The notes under the pieces: model-generated
The model's database searches: none
Told to the model about the DNA's origin: nothing
What the model saw: the letters and a program-made list of their open reading frames with translations, nothing else
In this document: positions 19,553-30,145 of the stretch, in pieces
Layout of the letters: the number at the start of each line of letters is the position of its first letter
Position numbering within the stretch: the stretch's first letter is position 1
Made by a program: the position numbers and the translations under genes
From: an uncultured Gammaproteobacteria bacterium
GTDB taxonomy: Bacteria > Pseudomonadota > Gammaproteobacteria > UBA9214
NCBI GenBank assembly: GCA_963748215.1
Contig: CAVVHS010000003.1
Span: forward strand, 157,884 to 221,883
Direction of reading: 5' to 3'
DNA length: 64,000 nucleotides

Positions 19553-20152
19553 ATGCTGCAACATGTCTGGGGTTTGTTCGTCAATCCAAAGCGTGAATGG
19601 GAAGCCATTCGCACGGATGAATGTACCATTGGCAAGTGTTACGCAATCCACGTCCTGATCCTTGCGGCCATTCCAGCCATTTCGGGGTTTATCGGTACCA
19701 CCCAGTTCGGCTGGCAGATCGGCGCCGGTGACCCGGTCAAGCTGACCACGCAGAGCGCAGCGATCATATCCATGCTCTATTATCTGGCCATGCTGGTCGG
19801 CGTGTACGCCATGGGCTATATGATCTACTGGATGGGTAGCACCTACGGTGCGGAAGTGCCGTTATCGCAATGTGTGGTGCTGGCGGCCTACACGGCGACC
19901 CCGCTGTTTCTCATCGGCATCATGGAGCTGTACCCGGTGCTGTGGGTGAACCTGGTGGTCGGCATCGTGGCGCTGACCTATACCGTCTACCTGCTCTACA
20001 CCGGCGTGCCCATCATGATGGGGATTTCGGAAGACCGCGGTTTTCTGTTCTCCAGTGCAGTGCTCGCCGTTGGCCTGGTGGCCTTCGTTGCCCTGCTCGC
20101 CGTGACTGCCATTTTGTGGGGAATGGGGCTGGAGCCGCAGTTCACCAGCTGA
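19553..20152 (+). CDS. Yip1/YohC-family membrane protein
   Basis: HVWGLFVNPKREW..AYTATPLF..YLLYTGVPIMM. Confidence 0.88.
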   Translation: MLQHVWGLFVNPKREWEAIRTDECTIGKCYAIHVLILAAIPAISGFIGTTQFGWQIGAGDPVKLTTQSAAIISMLYYLAMLVGVYAMGYMIYWMGSTYGAEVPLSQCVVLAAYTATPLFLIGIMELYPVLWVNLVVGIVALTYTVYLLYTGVPIMMGISEDRGFLFSSAVLAVGLVAFVALLAVTAILWGMGLEPQFTS

Positions 20153-20231
20153 CATCAGGCCGACTTTCCGTCTGCGGGCGGGGCTGCGCGTTTTGTAACT
20201 GTTTTTACAATTCAGAATCAGGGAGGTCGGC

Positions 20232-21659
20232 ATGACCGATCAGCAAACGTATAACTATACGGTGGTCAGGCAGTTCGCCATCATGACCATTATCTGGGGT
20301 ATCGTCGGCATGGCGGTGGGCGTTTTGATCGCAGCCCAGCTGGCGTGGCCGGTGCTCAACTTCGACATACCCTGGCTGACCTTCGGCCGCCTGCGCCCGC
20401 TGCATACCAATGCGGTGATCTTCGCATTCGGCGGCTCCGCACTGTTTGCGACCTCCTATTATGTGGTGCAGCGCACCTGCCACGTGCGGCTGATCAGTGA
20501 CAAACTGGCGGCCTTCACCTTCTGGGGCTGGCAGCTGATCATTCTTTCTGCTGCCATCACGCTGCCGCTCGGTATCACGAGCAGCAAGGAATACGCCGAG
20601 CTGGAATGGCCGATCGATATCCTGATCGCGGTGGTATGGGTAAGCTATGCCATCGTGTTCTTCGGCACCATCATGAAACGCCGCGTGCAGCATATCTATG
20701 TCGCGAACTGGTTCTATGGCGCATTTATCCTCACCGTCGCGATCCTGCATATCTTCAACAGTGCCGCCGTACCGGTCTCCCTGCTGAAATCCTACTCCGC
20801 CTATGCCGGCGTGCAGGATGCCATGATCCAGTGGTGGTACGGCCATAACGCGGTGGGTTTCTTCCTGACGGCCGGCTTCCTGGGCATGATGTACTACTTC
20901 GTCCCCAAGCAGGCGGGACGCCCGGTGTACTCCTACCGCCTGTCGGTGGTGCACTTCTGGGCGCTGATCTTCACCTATATCTGGGCCGGCCCGCACCATC
21001 TGCACTACACGGCACTGCCGGACTGGGCGCAGTCGCTCGGTATGGTGATGTCGCTGATCCTGCTGGCGCCGAGCTGGGGCGGCATGATCAACGGCATCAT
21101 GACGCTGTCCGGCGCCTGGGAGAAGCTGCGTACCGACCCGGTGCTGCGCCTGCTGATTGTGTCGATCTCGTTCTACGGCATGTCCACCTTCGAGGGACCG
21201 ATGATGTCCATCAAGACGGTGAACGCGCTGTCGCATTTCACCGACTGGACCATCGGCCACGTGCATTCCGGTGCGCTGGGCTGGGTGGCGCTGATTTCCC
21301 TTGGCAGCCTGTACTACCTGATTCCGCGCCTGTTCAATCGCGAGCTGTACAGCCTGAAACTGGTGGAGGTGCATTTCTGGACCTCGACCATCGGTATCGT
21401 GCTGTACATCGCTTCCATGTGGGTGGCCGGCATCATGCAGGGCCTGATGTGGCGTGCGACCAACCTGGACGGCACGCTGACCTACAGCTTTGTTGAATCG
21501 GTACAGGCCATGCATCCGTACTACATCGTGCGTTTCCTGGGCGGTGCCTTCTTCCTGTTCGGCACCCTGGTGATGGCCTGGAATGTCTGGAAGACCATTG
21601 CAGGCGCCAAGCCGGCCGTCGGCACCATCCCGGCACCGGCCGCGGCTGCGGCTCATTAA
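20232..21659 (+). CDS. ccoN: cbb3-type cytochrome c oxidase subunit I
   Basis: [37 protein letters not shown]. Confidence 0.98.
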   Translation: MTDQQTYNYTVVRQFAIMTIIWGIVGMAVGVLIAAQLAWPVLNFDIPWLTFGRLRPLHTNAVIFAFGGSALFATSYYVVQRTCHVRLISDKLAAFTFWGWQLIILSAAITLPLGITSSKEYAELEWPIDILIAVVWVSYAIVFFGTIMKRRVQHIYVANWFYGAFILTVAILHIFNSAAVPVSLLKSYSAYAGVQDAMIQWWYGHNAVGFFLTAGFLGMMYYFVPKQAGRPVYSYRLSVVHFWALIFTYIWAGPHHLHYTALPDWAQSLGMVMSLILLAPSWGGMINGIMTLSGAWEKLRTDPVLRLLIVSISFYGMSTFEGPMMSIKTVNALSHFTDWTIGHVHSGALGWVALISLGSLYYLIPRLFNRELYSLKLVEVHFWTSTIGIVLYIASMWVAGIMQGLMWRATNLDGTLTYSFVESVQAMHPYYIVRFLGGAFFLFGTLVMAWNVWKTIAGAKPAVGTIPAPAAAAAH

Positions 21660-21669
21660 GGAGACGATC

Positions 21670-22284
21670 ATGGCGACAGGACACGACAAGATTGAAAAAA
21701 ATATCGGCCTGATGATCATCCTGATCATCCTGGTGGTCTCCGTTGGCGGACTGGTGCAGATCGTGCCACTGTTCTTCCAGCATTCCACCACCCAGGCGGT
21801 CGCCGGGCTGGAGCCCTACACGCCGCTGCGGCTGGCGGGGCGCGATGTCTATGTGCGGGAAGGCTGCTATCTGTGCCATTCACAAATGATCCGGCCGTTC
21901 CGTGCCGAGACGGAACGCTACGGGCATTATTCCGTCGCCGGAGAGTATGTCTACGACCGGCCGTTCCAGTGGGGTTCCAAGCGTACCGGTCCCGATCTGC
22001 ACCGGGTAGGTGGCCGCTACAGTGACGAGTGGCACCGCGTGCATCTGGTCAATCCGCGTGACGTCGTGCCCGAGTCGATCATGCCGGGTTACCCGTGGCT
22101 GGAAAAGAATGCAGCCGATGCCTCGGCTATCAAGAAGAAAATGGAAGTACTGCGTATGCTGGGTGCTCCGTACACGGATGCAGAGATCGAGAGCGCGCCG
22201 CAGGCCCTCGAAGGCAAGACCGAGATGGACGCCATGATTGCCTACCTGCAAGGGCTGGGTACGGCGATCAAGACCCGGAGATAA
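21670..22284 (+). CDS. ccoO: cbb3 oxidase subunit II
   Basis: [23 protein letters not shown]. Confidence 0.98.
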   Translation: MATGHDKIEKNIGLMIILIILVVSVGGLVQIVPLFFQHSTTQAVAGLEPYTPLRLAGRDVYVREGCYLCHSQMIRPFRAETERYGHYSVAGEYVYDRPFQWGSKRTGPDLHRVGGRYSDEWHRVHLVNPRDVVPESIMPGYPWLEKNAADASAIKKKMEVLRMLGAPYTDAEIESAPQALEGKTEMDAMIAYLQGLGTAIKTRR

Positions 22285-22289
22285 TTTTC

Positions 22290-22475
22290 ATGAGTCAAAC
22301 GCTGATACAGGAAATCTGGACGGTGGTCGTACTGGTAGTGTTCGTCGGGATCGTCATCTGGGCCTGGAGCGGCAAGCGCAAGCAGCGCTTTGAAGAAGCG
22401 GCGAATATCCCGTTCGAGGACGATGACGAGATGGTGCCGGCAGATAAACATTCCAAGGAGAATCCCCATGGCTGA
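22290..22475 (+). CDS. ccoQ: cbb3 oxidase subunit CcoQ
   Basis: Single TM, KRKQRFEEAANIPF, position between ccoO and ccoP. Confidence 0.92.
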   Translation: MSQTLIQEIWTVVVLVVFVGIVIWAWSGKRKQRFEEAANIPFEDDDEMVPADKHSKENPHG

Positions 22476-23388
22476 TTTCACCAGCAGCTTCTGGAACTGG
22501 TACATCATCATCCCGACCGTTGCCGGAATCATCGCGTGTTTTATGATCATCCGCTGGCTGTCTACCGACATACGCCCGGAAGAGCAGGGCAAGGAGATGG
22601 GGCATGTCTGGGATGAAACACTGGTCGAGCTGAACAATCCGCTGCCGCGCTGGTGGCTGAACATGTTCTACCTCACGCTGTTCTTCGGTATCGGCTATCT
22701 GGCGCTGTATCCCGGCCTGGGTACGTTCAAGGGCCTGCTGGGCTGGACTTCGCTGGGGCAGTACCAGCGCGAGATCGACCTGGCCGACGCCCAGTACGGG
22801 CCGCTGTTCGAGAAATACGCCGGCATGGACCTGGTCGCAGTGGCCGCTGATCCCGAGGCGCGCCGCATGGGTGAGCGCATGTTCGTGAACTACTGTGCGA
22901 CCTGTCATGGCTCCGATGCGCGCGGCGCACGCGGCTTCCCGAACCTGCGCGACAATGACTGGCTGTATGGCGGTACGCCGGATGCCATTCAGACTTCCAT
23001 TCTCAATGGCCGTAACGGTGTCATGCCGGCCTGGGAGCAGGCGCTGGGTGGCCCGGAAGGTGTTGCAGACATGACTGAATATGTCTTCAGCCTGGGCGGC
23101 CGCGATGCGGATCCGGCTGCCGTGAGTCGTGGCCAGGAAAAATTCCAGCAGCTGTGCGTGGCCTGTCATGGCATGGATGGCACGGGTAACCAGGCGCTGG
23201 GTGCGCCGAACCTGACGGACAATATCTGGCTGTATGGTGGTTCCCGGGCCGCTGTGATGGAATCGCTTACCCTGGGTCGCAACGGCCAGATGCCGGCGCA
23301 TCTCGAGTTCCTGGGCAAGGAGAAGTCACACCTGCTGGCAGCCTACGTCTACAGTCTGTCGACCGGGCAGGCCGCCGAAAAGGAATAA
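22468..23388 (+). CDS. ccoP: cbb3 oxidase subunit III
   Basis: GHVWD..ELNNPLPRWW, two CxxCH motifs. Confidence 0.97.
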   Translation: MADFTSSFWNWYIIIPTVAGIIACFMIIRWLSTDIRPEEQGKEMGHVWDETLVELNNPLPRWWLNMFYLTLFFGIGYLALYPGLGTFKGLLGWTSLGQYQREIDLADAQYGPLFEKYAGMDLVAVAADPEARRMGERMFVNYCATCHGSDARGARGFPNLRDNDWLYGGTPDAIQTSILNGRNGVMPAWEQALGGPEGVADMTEYVFSLGGRDADPAAVSRGQEKFQQLCVACHGMDGTGNQALGAPNLTDNIWLYGGSRAAVMESLTLGRNGQMPAHLEFLGKEKSHLLAAYVYSLSTGQAAEKE

Positions 23389-23417
23389 CCGCCCGGACAG
23401 AGTGGCGATCGACGGTT

Positions 23418-23693
23418 ATGGCACAGGAAAAGGAAATACCCAGGACTCAAAAGTGTATTGCCGTGCTGTGGCCGTCGTTCCTCGTTGCCATCGTGGCTAC
23501 GGGATTGTTCTTCTCCGCATTTGATCCGGCGGACCTGTATCCGTTTGGTGAAGATACGGATGTCAGCCGTCTCGGTATCTATTCCATCGGTTTTCTGTTC
23601 TTCTGGCTTATCTCGACGATCTCCGGTATCGGTACGCTGTATTTCGCCATCACCAACTGCATGCGACAAGACCCGGAAAACCGGGGCCGGTAG
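23418..23693 (+). CDS. Small membrane protein of the cco cluster
   Basis: LWPSFL..FFSAFDP..YSIGFLFFW. Confidence 0.8.
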   Translation: MAQEKEIPRTQKCIAVLWPSFLVAIVATGLFFSAFDPADLYPFGEDTDVSRLGIYSIGFLFFWLISTISGIGTLYFAITNCMRQDPENRGR

Positions 23694-23702
23694 TCTGAAC
23701 TC

Positions 23703-25118
23703 ATGGCGGCGGCCGATCAGAAAACGCCTGTAGCGACGGGTAATGCCGACGAGCAGGTTGAAAAATCCCTCTACGCCAAGGCGGCGAAGATCTATCCGCG
23801 CGAGGTGCACGGGCTGTTCGCGCGCCTGCGTGTGCTGGGTGTGCTCAGCCTGCTGGGTATTTACTACATCACCCCCTGGCTGCGCTGGGACGGTCAGCAG
23901 GCGTTGCTGCTGGATCTGCCGGCACGCAAATTCCACATTTTTTTCATCACCTTGTGGCCCCAGGATTTCATCTACCTCGCCGCGTTGCTGATCATTTCCG
24001 GCCTGTTGCTGTTCTTCGTGACCGCCATCGCCGGGCGTGTCTGGTGCGGATATGCCTGTCCCCAAACGGTGTGGACCGAGGCGTTTTTATGGATAGAGCG
24101 CAAGGTCGAGGGCGACCGTGGCAGGCAGCAGAAGCTCGACGCCAGGCCGATGGATGTACGCAAGTTCCGCCTCAAGGCAACCAAGCAGTTCCTGTGGCTG
24201 GCCTTCGCAGGCTGGACCGGCTTTACCTTCGTCGGCTATTTCACGCCGATCATCGAACTCGGCCAGCGCCTGGTGTCATTCGAACTCGGTCCGTGGGAAA
24301 CCTTCTGGGTCATTTTCTACGGCTTTGCCACCTACGGTAATGCCGGATTCATGCGCGAGCAGGTCTGCAAGTACATGTGTCCGTATGCCCGCTTCCAGAG
24401 CGCCATGTTCGACAGGGACACCCTGATCGTCTCCTACATCCCCGAACGCGGCGAGCCGCGCGGTTCACGCAAGCGCAGCGCGGATCCCAGGGCGTTGAAC
24501 CTGGGCGACTGTATCGACTGTACCCTGTGCGTACAGGTATGTCCGACCGGCATCGACATCCGCAATGGCCTGCAATACGAGTGTATTGCCTGCTCGGCGT
24601 GTATCGATGCCTGCGATGACGTGATGGAAAAAATGGGCTATGAGAAAGGGCTCATCAAGTACACTACGGAAAATGCCATGCATGGCAAGCCCTCGCATAT
24701 CCTGCGTCCGCGCATCGTTATCTATGCGCTGATCATGCTTGGCATCATGGTACTGTTCGCCTGGACATTCAGCCAGCGCGTGTCGCTGGGGCTGGATGTC
24801 ATCCGCGATCGCAACCAGCTTTACCGCGAAACCAGCACCGGCCTGATCGAAAACGTCTATATTCTGAAGGTCCTCAATATGGATGACACCGCGCACCGCT
24901 ATACGCTGACTGTCAGCGGCGTGCCGGGGCTGGAGCTGCGCATGGATCTGCCGGAAATACGTGTTGAATCGGGCGATGTACTGGAGTTGCCGGTGCGCCT
25001 GCAAGTCGACGAGGCCGAGCTCAAGATGCGCAGCAGCGAGATCGAGTTCACGCTGGTGGCGGACGATGCGCCGGCACTGTCGGCAACGGAATCCGCGCGT
25101 TTCCTCGGACCGCGCTAG
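23703..25118 (+). CDS. ccoG: CcoG/FixG 4Fe-4S membrane protein
   Basis: GRVWCGYACPQT, CKYMCPY, CIDCTLCVQVCP, CIACSACIDAC. Confidence 0.97.
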   Translation: MAAADQKTPVATGNADEQVEKSLYAKAAKIYPREVHGLFARLRVLGVLSLLGIYYITPWLRWDGQQALLLDLPARKFHIFFITLWPQDFIYLAALLIISGLLLFFVTAIAGRVWCGYACPQTVWTEAFLWIERKVEGDRGRQQKLDARPMDVRKFRLKATKQFLWLAFAGWTGFTFVGYFTPIIELGQRLVSFELGPWETFWVIFYGFATYGNAGFMREQVCKYMCPYARFQSAMFDRDTLIVSYIPERGEPRGSRKRSADPRALNLGDCIDCTLCVQVCPTGIDIRNGLQYECIACSACIDACDDVMEKMGYEKGLIKYTTENAMHGKPSHILRPRIVIYALIMLGIMVLFAWTFSQRVSLGLDVIRDRNQLYRETSTGLIENVYILKVLNMDDTAHRYTLTVSGVPGLELRMDLPEIRVESGDVLELPVRLQVDEAELKMRSSEIEFTLVADDAPALSATESARFLGPR

Positions 25119-25129
25119 GCATGCATGCA

Positions 25130-25624
25130 ATGGCAGGAAAGCAGCCCAAGCGCTGGTACAAGGAACCCTGGGTGTGGCTGGTGATCGCGTTGCCGATGAC
25201 GGCCGTGATCGCTGGCATGTTCACGCTCTACCTTGCTGTCAGCACCAGTGACGGGCTGGTGGTGGACGATTATTACAAACGTGGCAAGGCCATCAACCTC
25301 GATCTGGCACGCGACGATGCGGCGGCCCGTTATAAACTGAATGCCAGTCTCGTCCTGTATCAGGGTAATGCCGTACAGCTGCAACTCAGCGCGATCAACG
25401 GCGGCTGGCCGGAGACTGTCAGATTGTCGCTGCTGCATCCGACCCGTGCCGGCTTTGACCAGGTCGTCCAGTTACGCCATACGGGCACCGGTAATTACCA
25501 GGGCAAGATCGTGGCGCTCGGCAAGGGGCACTGGTATGTGCAGCTGGAGGCCGATGACTGGCGCCTGTCCGGCACGCTGCAGCAGCCGCAGACCGCGCCG
25601 TTGCTGCTTGGGCCGGTTCAATAG
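25130..25624 (+). CDS. ccoH: CcoH/FixH
   Basis: WYKEPWVW..DGLVVDDYYKRGKAIN. Confidence 0.92.
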   Translation: MAGKQPKRWYKEPWVWLVIALPMTAVIAGMFTLYLAVSTSDGLVVDDYYKRGKAINLDLARDDAAARYKLNASLVLYQGNAVQLQLSAINGGWPETVRLSLLHPTRAGFDQVVQLRHTGTGNYQGKIVALGKGHWYVQLEADDWRLSGTLQQPQTAPLLLGPVQ

Positions 25625-25835
25625 ACGCGCCTGCATCGCGTCCCGCCAGCGGAACATGACGGCCCTTGATTGCGTTTTTCGCGCCCGGCGGGCGCTGCGA
25701 TAATATGACTCGCCGGTCCTGCTCGACACGGGTGTCCAGGCTGCTCACAATGTCCACCTGCCGGTTCATATCCATCCGCTGGCAGTGCAGTATGCCCGGA
25801 TACGAAACTGGCTTGCTTGACCCTGGCGCATCACC

Positions 25836-26573
25836 ATGAACCTCGAAACCCTAGGCGCTGCCGGCCTTGTCGGCCTGCTCGGCGGAACGCACTGTATCGG
25901 CATGTGCGGCGGCATTGTCGGTGCCCTGACCTCCGGGCTGTCCGACGACATGCGTCATTCCCGTTCCCGCCTGGTCGCGGCCCAGCTGGCCTACAATACG
26001 GGCCGCATCGCCAGTTACGGCATGGCCGGCCTGCTGGCCGGCCTGCTGGGCCAGCAGGCCACGACAATGGGATTGACCGGGGGCTTTCCGGTCGGCGGGA
26101 TCATTGCCGCCACCATCATGATTCTGCTGGGACTCTACCTGGGTGGCTGGTGGCAGGCGTTGCAATGGCTGGAACGGGCGGGTGCGCACGTGTGGCGCCA
26201 TATCGAGCCGCTGGGAAGGCGTTTTATTCCGGTGCGTCATGCCGGACAGGCGCTGTTGCTGGGGCTGGTCTGGGGCTGGCTGCCCTGCGGCATGGTGTAC
26301 TCGGTACTGGCGCTGGCGCTGGCCAGCGGTTCGGGTCCGGAAGGCGGCGCGATCATGCTGGTATTCGGTGTCGGCACCTTGCCGACCATGCTGGTGATGG
26401 GGGTCGCATTCGGCTCGTTGGGGCGCTGGGTGCGGGATGCGCGGGTGCGCAAGGCAGCCGGTATCCTGGTGATCCTGATGGGGGTCGCCATGCTGCTTGC
26501 TATTCCCGCGAAGCATGGGCATCATGCGCACCCCCCCGCTGAACAGCAGGGGCAGCACGAACACCCCCCCTGA
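25836..26573 (+). CDS. DsbD_2/TauE-SafE-like membrane protein associated with cco
   Basis: HCIGMCGG, YNTGRIASY, GWLPCGMVY, His-rich tail. Confidence 0.88.
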   Translation: MNLETLGAAGLVGLLGGTHCIGMCGGIVGALTSGLSDDMRHSRSRLVAAQLAYNTGRIASYGMAGLLAGLLGQQATTMGLTGGFPVGGIIAATIMILLGLYLGGWWQALQWLERAGAHVWRHIEPLGRRFIPVRHAGQALLLGLVWGWLPCGMVYSVLALALASGSGPEGGAIMLVFGVGTLPTMLVMGVAFGSLGRWVRDARVRKAAGILVILMGVAMLLAIPAKHGHHAHPPAEQQGQHEHPP

Positions 26574-26647
26574 CCTGTCAGGCCCCTGTTTTGTAGACAA
26601 AAGTCTAGCTGCAGGTGTGATTCCGGTAGTATCCGTGAATATTAGAA

Positions 26648-26663
26648 ACACAATATATTGTGT
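26648..26663. promoter_or_regulatory. NrdR box 1
   Basis: Perfect palindrome ACACAATATATTGTGT upstream of nrdJ. Confidence 0.85.
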
Positions 26664-26806
26664 TTGGCTGTTATTGCATTCCTGCCTTGGCGACGCCTTT
26701 CCGACGCCTCGAAAATATCGATAACTATCTGTATTTATTATATTTATAGGCCCATATAAAATGCCCTTGACAGGGCGTCCCGGGCTGAATAATCTCCTTC
26801 CTCTCG

Positions 26807-26822
26807 ACACAATATGTTGTGT
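26807..26822. promoter_or_regulatory. NrdR box 2
   Basis: ACACAATATGTTGTGT. Confidence 0.8.
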
Positions 26823-26924
26823 TGGTCTGAACCAGACCCCCGGCTCCGGTATATCCCGACAGCAAGGCGGCAAAAACACATTCCTGTACAAGAATGTAAC
26901 AATAGAAGGAGGACGACAGGACAC

Positions 26925-29078
26925 ATGACCACGATGGCACATCTCGAAGCAGTCCCGACCAGCGTCACTGAGATTCCAATGCAGCCGGCATCGCAGGATA
27001 TCTGGGAAAAGAAATATCGCCTGAAGGCCAAGGATGGCACGCCGGTCGATGAGACCATCGATGACACCTATCAGCGTGTCGCACGGGCCCTGGCCGACGT
27101 CGAGGCTACGCCGGAGGCACGCGAGTCCTGGTACCGTGAATTCCTCTGGGCACTGCGGCATGGTGCGATCCCCGCCGGACGCATCACCTCCAATGCCGGC
27201 GCGCAGGAGCACAAGCCGGCCACCTCGACCATCAATTGCACCGTGTCCGGCATTGTGCAGGATTCCATGAACAACATCCTGGAGAAGGTGCACGAGGCCG
27301 GCCTGACCCTGAAGGCCGGTTGTGGCATCGGCTACGAATTCTCCACCCTGCGTCCGCGGGGCGCCTACGTGTCCGGGGCCGGCGCGTACACCTCCGGCCC
27401 GCTGTCGTTCATGGATATCTACGACAAGATGTGCTTTACCGTGTCCTCGGCCGGCGGCCGCCGCGGTGCCCAGATGGCTACCTTCGATGTCGGCCATCCG
27501 GATGTCATGGATTTTATCCGCGCCAAGCGCGAGGACGGCCGGCTGCGCCAGTTCAACCTGTCGTTGCTGATCACCACCGAGTTCATGGATGCGGTCCAGA
27601 ACGATGCGGAGTGGAAGCTGGCGTTTCCGATCAGCCGCCAGGAGCAGGAAGAGGGGATCGACCTGAACAACCCGGAGCAGGTTATCTGGCGTGAGTGGCC
27701 GTACAAGGGGGATTACATCACCAATAACGCCGGACTGGTGGCCTGCAAGGTATACAAGTCCGTACCGGCGCTGCGCCTGTGGGACATGATCATGAGCTCC
27801 ACCTATGACTTTGCCGAACCCGGTTTCATCCTGATCGACAAGGTCAACGAGATGAACAACAACTGGTTCTGCGAAAATATCCGCGCCACCAATCCCTGCG
27901 GCGAGCAGCCGCTGCCGCCCTATGGTTCCTGCCTGCTGGGCTCGATCAACCTGACCAAGTTCGTGCGCAAGCCGTTTGGCAAGCGTGCCGAGTTCGACTG
28001 GAAGGAATTTCGCAAGGTGGTCGCGATTTTTACCCGCATGCTCGACAACGTGGTCGAGATCAACGGCCTGCCGCTGGATGGCCAGCGCGACGAGATCCAT
28101 CGCAAGCGCCGTCACGGCATGGGATTTCTCGGTCTCGGCTCCACCGTCACCATGCTGCGCATGAAATACGGCGAGTCGGATTCAGTGGAATTTACCGAAC
28201 GTGTCAGTCGCGAACTGGCCCTGACCGGCTGGCAGGTGGCGCTGGACCTCGCGAAGGAGAAGGGCCCGGCACCGATTATGGACGAAGACTTCACGGTAAC
28301 CGAGGAAATGCTGCGCAAGCGTCCGGAGATGCGTCGCGACGGTTACCTGCCCGGCGACACCGTCAAGGGCAAGGTGCTGCATGCGCGCTACAGCCGCTAC
28401 ATGCAGCGCGTCGCGAGCGTCGATCCGGCGCTGGTGGAACAGCTTGCCGAATCCGGTGCGCGCTTTACGCATCACAGCTCGATCGCGCCGACCGGCACGA
28501 TTTCGCTGTCGCTGGCCAACAACGCCAGCAACGGTATCGAGCCGAGTTTTGCGCATCATTATTTTCGCAACGTGATCCGCGAAGGACGCAAGACCAAGGA
28601 AAAGATAGACGTTTTCTCTTTCGAGCTGCTTGCCTATCGCGAGCTGGTGAATCCGAACGCCAATGCCAGCATGGAAGGCGAGAGCGATGCGTTGCCGGAC
28701 TATTTCATTGCCGCGGACGAGGTTACGCCGAATCAGCACGTCGACATCCAGGCGGCCGCACAAAAATGGGTGGATTCCTCGATTTCCAAGACCGCGAACG
28801 TGCCGACGGATTATCGGTTCGAGGACTTCAAGGATATCTACCTCTATGCCTACAAGCAGGGCCTGAAGGGCTGCACGACCTTCCGTTTCAATCCGGAAGC
28901 TTTCCAGGGTGTGCTGGTAAAGGGCAAGGACCTGGAAAACACTGTCTATGAATTTACCCTGGAGGACGGCAGCAAGGTCAGTCTCAAGGGTAACGATGAG
29001 GTCGAATATGACGGTGAGACCCATACCGCCGCGAACCTGTACGATGCATTGAAAGAAGGCTATTACGGCAAGTTCTAG
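26925..29078 (+). CDS. nrdJa: Class II (B12-dependent) ribonucleotide reductase, large part
   Basis: STINCTV, RRGAQM, TNPCGEQ, IAPTGT, SISKT; GGAGG RBS. Confidence 0.95.
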   Translation: MTTMAHLEAVPTSVTEIPMQPASQDIWEKKYRLKAKDGTPVDETIDDTYQRVARALADVEATPEARESWYREFLWALRHGAIPAGRITSNAGAQEHKPATSTINCTVSGIVQDSMNNILEKVHEAGLTLKAGCGIGYEFSTLRPRGAYVSGAGAYTSGPLSFMDIYDKMCFTVSSAGGRRGAQMATFDVGHPDVMDFIRAKREDGRLRQFNLSLLITTEFMDAVQNDAEWKLAFPISRQEQEEGIDLNNPEQVIWREWPYKGDYITNNAGLVACKVYKSVPALRLWDMIMSSTYDFAEPGFILIDKVNEMNNNWFCENIRATNPCGEQPLPPYGSCLLGSINLTKFVRKPFGKRAEFDWKEFRKVVAIFTRMLDNVVEINGLPLDGQRDEIHRKRRHGMGFLGLGSTVTMLRMKYGESDSVEFTERVSRELALTGWQVALDLAKEKGPAPIMDEDFTVTEEMLRKRPEMRRDGYLPGDTVKGKVLHARYSRYMQRVASVDPALVEQLAESGARFTHHSSIAPTGTISLSLANNASNGIEPSFAHHYFRNVIREGRKTKEKIDVFSFELLAYRELVNPNANASMEGESDALPDYFIAADEVTPNQHVDIQAAAQKWVDSSISKTANVPTDYRFEDFKDIYLYAYKQGLKGCTTFRFNPEAFQGVLVKGKDLENTVYEFTLEDGSKVSLKGNDEVEYDGETHTAANLYDALKEGYYGKF

Positions 29079-29140
29079 CGAATTACTGCATCATGATTTG
29101 CGTGTCGATCCGGTAATCAGAGATTTTTCAGGAGTACAGA

Positions 29141-29830
29141 ATGGCTATTCGTATTGAAAAAAAGATAGTGGGATACAAGGTTGGAGACCGTAACGAGCCA
29201 CAACAGCCGGCACCGGCTGTAGAGCCAGAGGACAACATTGTCCACCTGCATGAGAAGCTCGAACGCCCGGAGATGCTGATCGGTTCTACCTACAAGGTCA
29301 AGACTCCGCTGTCCGAGCATGCGCTGTATGTCACTATCAACGATATCGTGCTCAACCACGGTACCAGCAACGAGCTGCGCAGACCGTTCGAGATCTTCAT
29401 CAATTCGAAGAACATGGATCACTTCCAGTGGATAGTCGCGCTGACCCGGATTATTTCCGCCGTGTTCCGCAAGGGCGGTGACGTGACCTTCCTGGTGGAG
29501 GAACTGCGCTCGGTATTCGATCCGCGTGGCGGTTACTTCAAGAAGGGCGGCAAGTACATGCCCTCACTGGTGGCCGAAATCGGTGACGCAATCGAATGCC
29601 ACATGCGCATGATCGGGTTGCTGAAGGATGATGGACTGGACGAGCACCAGATGAAGCTGGTTGCCGAGAAACGTGCCCAGTACGAGGCGGCCAAGGGCAC
29701 GGAGGACAGCGGCGATGCGGGAGATTTTCCCGAAGGTGCACAGCTTTGTGCCAAGTGCCACACCAAGGCCGCGATCCAGATGGATGGCTGTCTGACCTGC
29801 CTCAACTGTGGCGAGTCGAAGTGCGGATAG
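29141..29830 (+). CDS. nrdJb: Class II RNR C-terminal subunit (TSCPD-like)
   Basis: RPFEIFINSK..C-terminal CAKC..CLTCLNCGESKCG. Confidence 0.93.
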   Translation: MAIRIEKKIVGYKVGDRNEPQQPAPAVEPEDNIVHLHEKLERPEMLIGSTYKVKTPLSEHALYVTINDIVLNHGTSNELRRPFEIFINSKNMDHFQWIVALTRIISAVFRKGGDVTFLVEELRSVFDPRGGYFKKGGKYMPSLVAEIGDAIECHMRMIGLLKDDGLDEHQMKLVAEKRAQYEAAKGTEDSGDAGDFPEGAQLCAKCHTKAAIQMDGCLTCLNCGESKCG

Positions 29831-30145
29831 GGCTGTTATCCTGAGATAAGCGGGCGGGTAGCGGTAGTCGCCTGCGGCCCGGTGGGCGGTGGACAAGGTT
29901 CGCAAGCAGGCTGGCCCAGGTGGGCAGTTTCCCTGTCCACGGGTATATCATCCATAATATATTGATTTGTATAGTATACGGCTTGTATGCCCGCCGGGCT
30001 GGCTGAAGTTAGTACCTTAGGCCGATTGCCCAGCTTCTAGCCGGCGGGCTATAACATAAGCATGGCATTTCGGGTGTAGAATGCCATCAGGTGCAAGAAC
30101 AATAACAGTCCGACAACAAGAACAGTCTCGGGCGAAGGAGGCAGG

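Noticed and set aside
26574-26924. Cobalamin riboswitch before nrdJ
   Set aside because: No B12-box or conserved core recognisable; NrdR boxes explain the conserved motifs
25851-28115. 754-aa minus-strand ORF, and similar long ORFs opposite ccoN, trpE and trpD
   Set aside because: Antisense shadows of well-supported genes with no recognisable motifs
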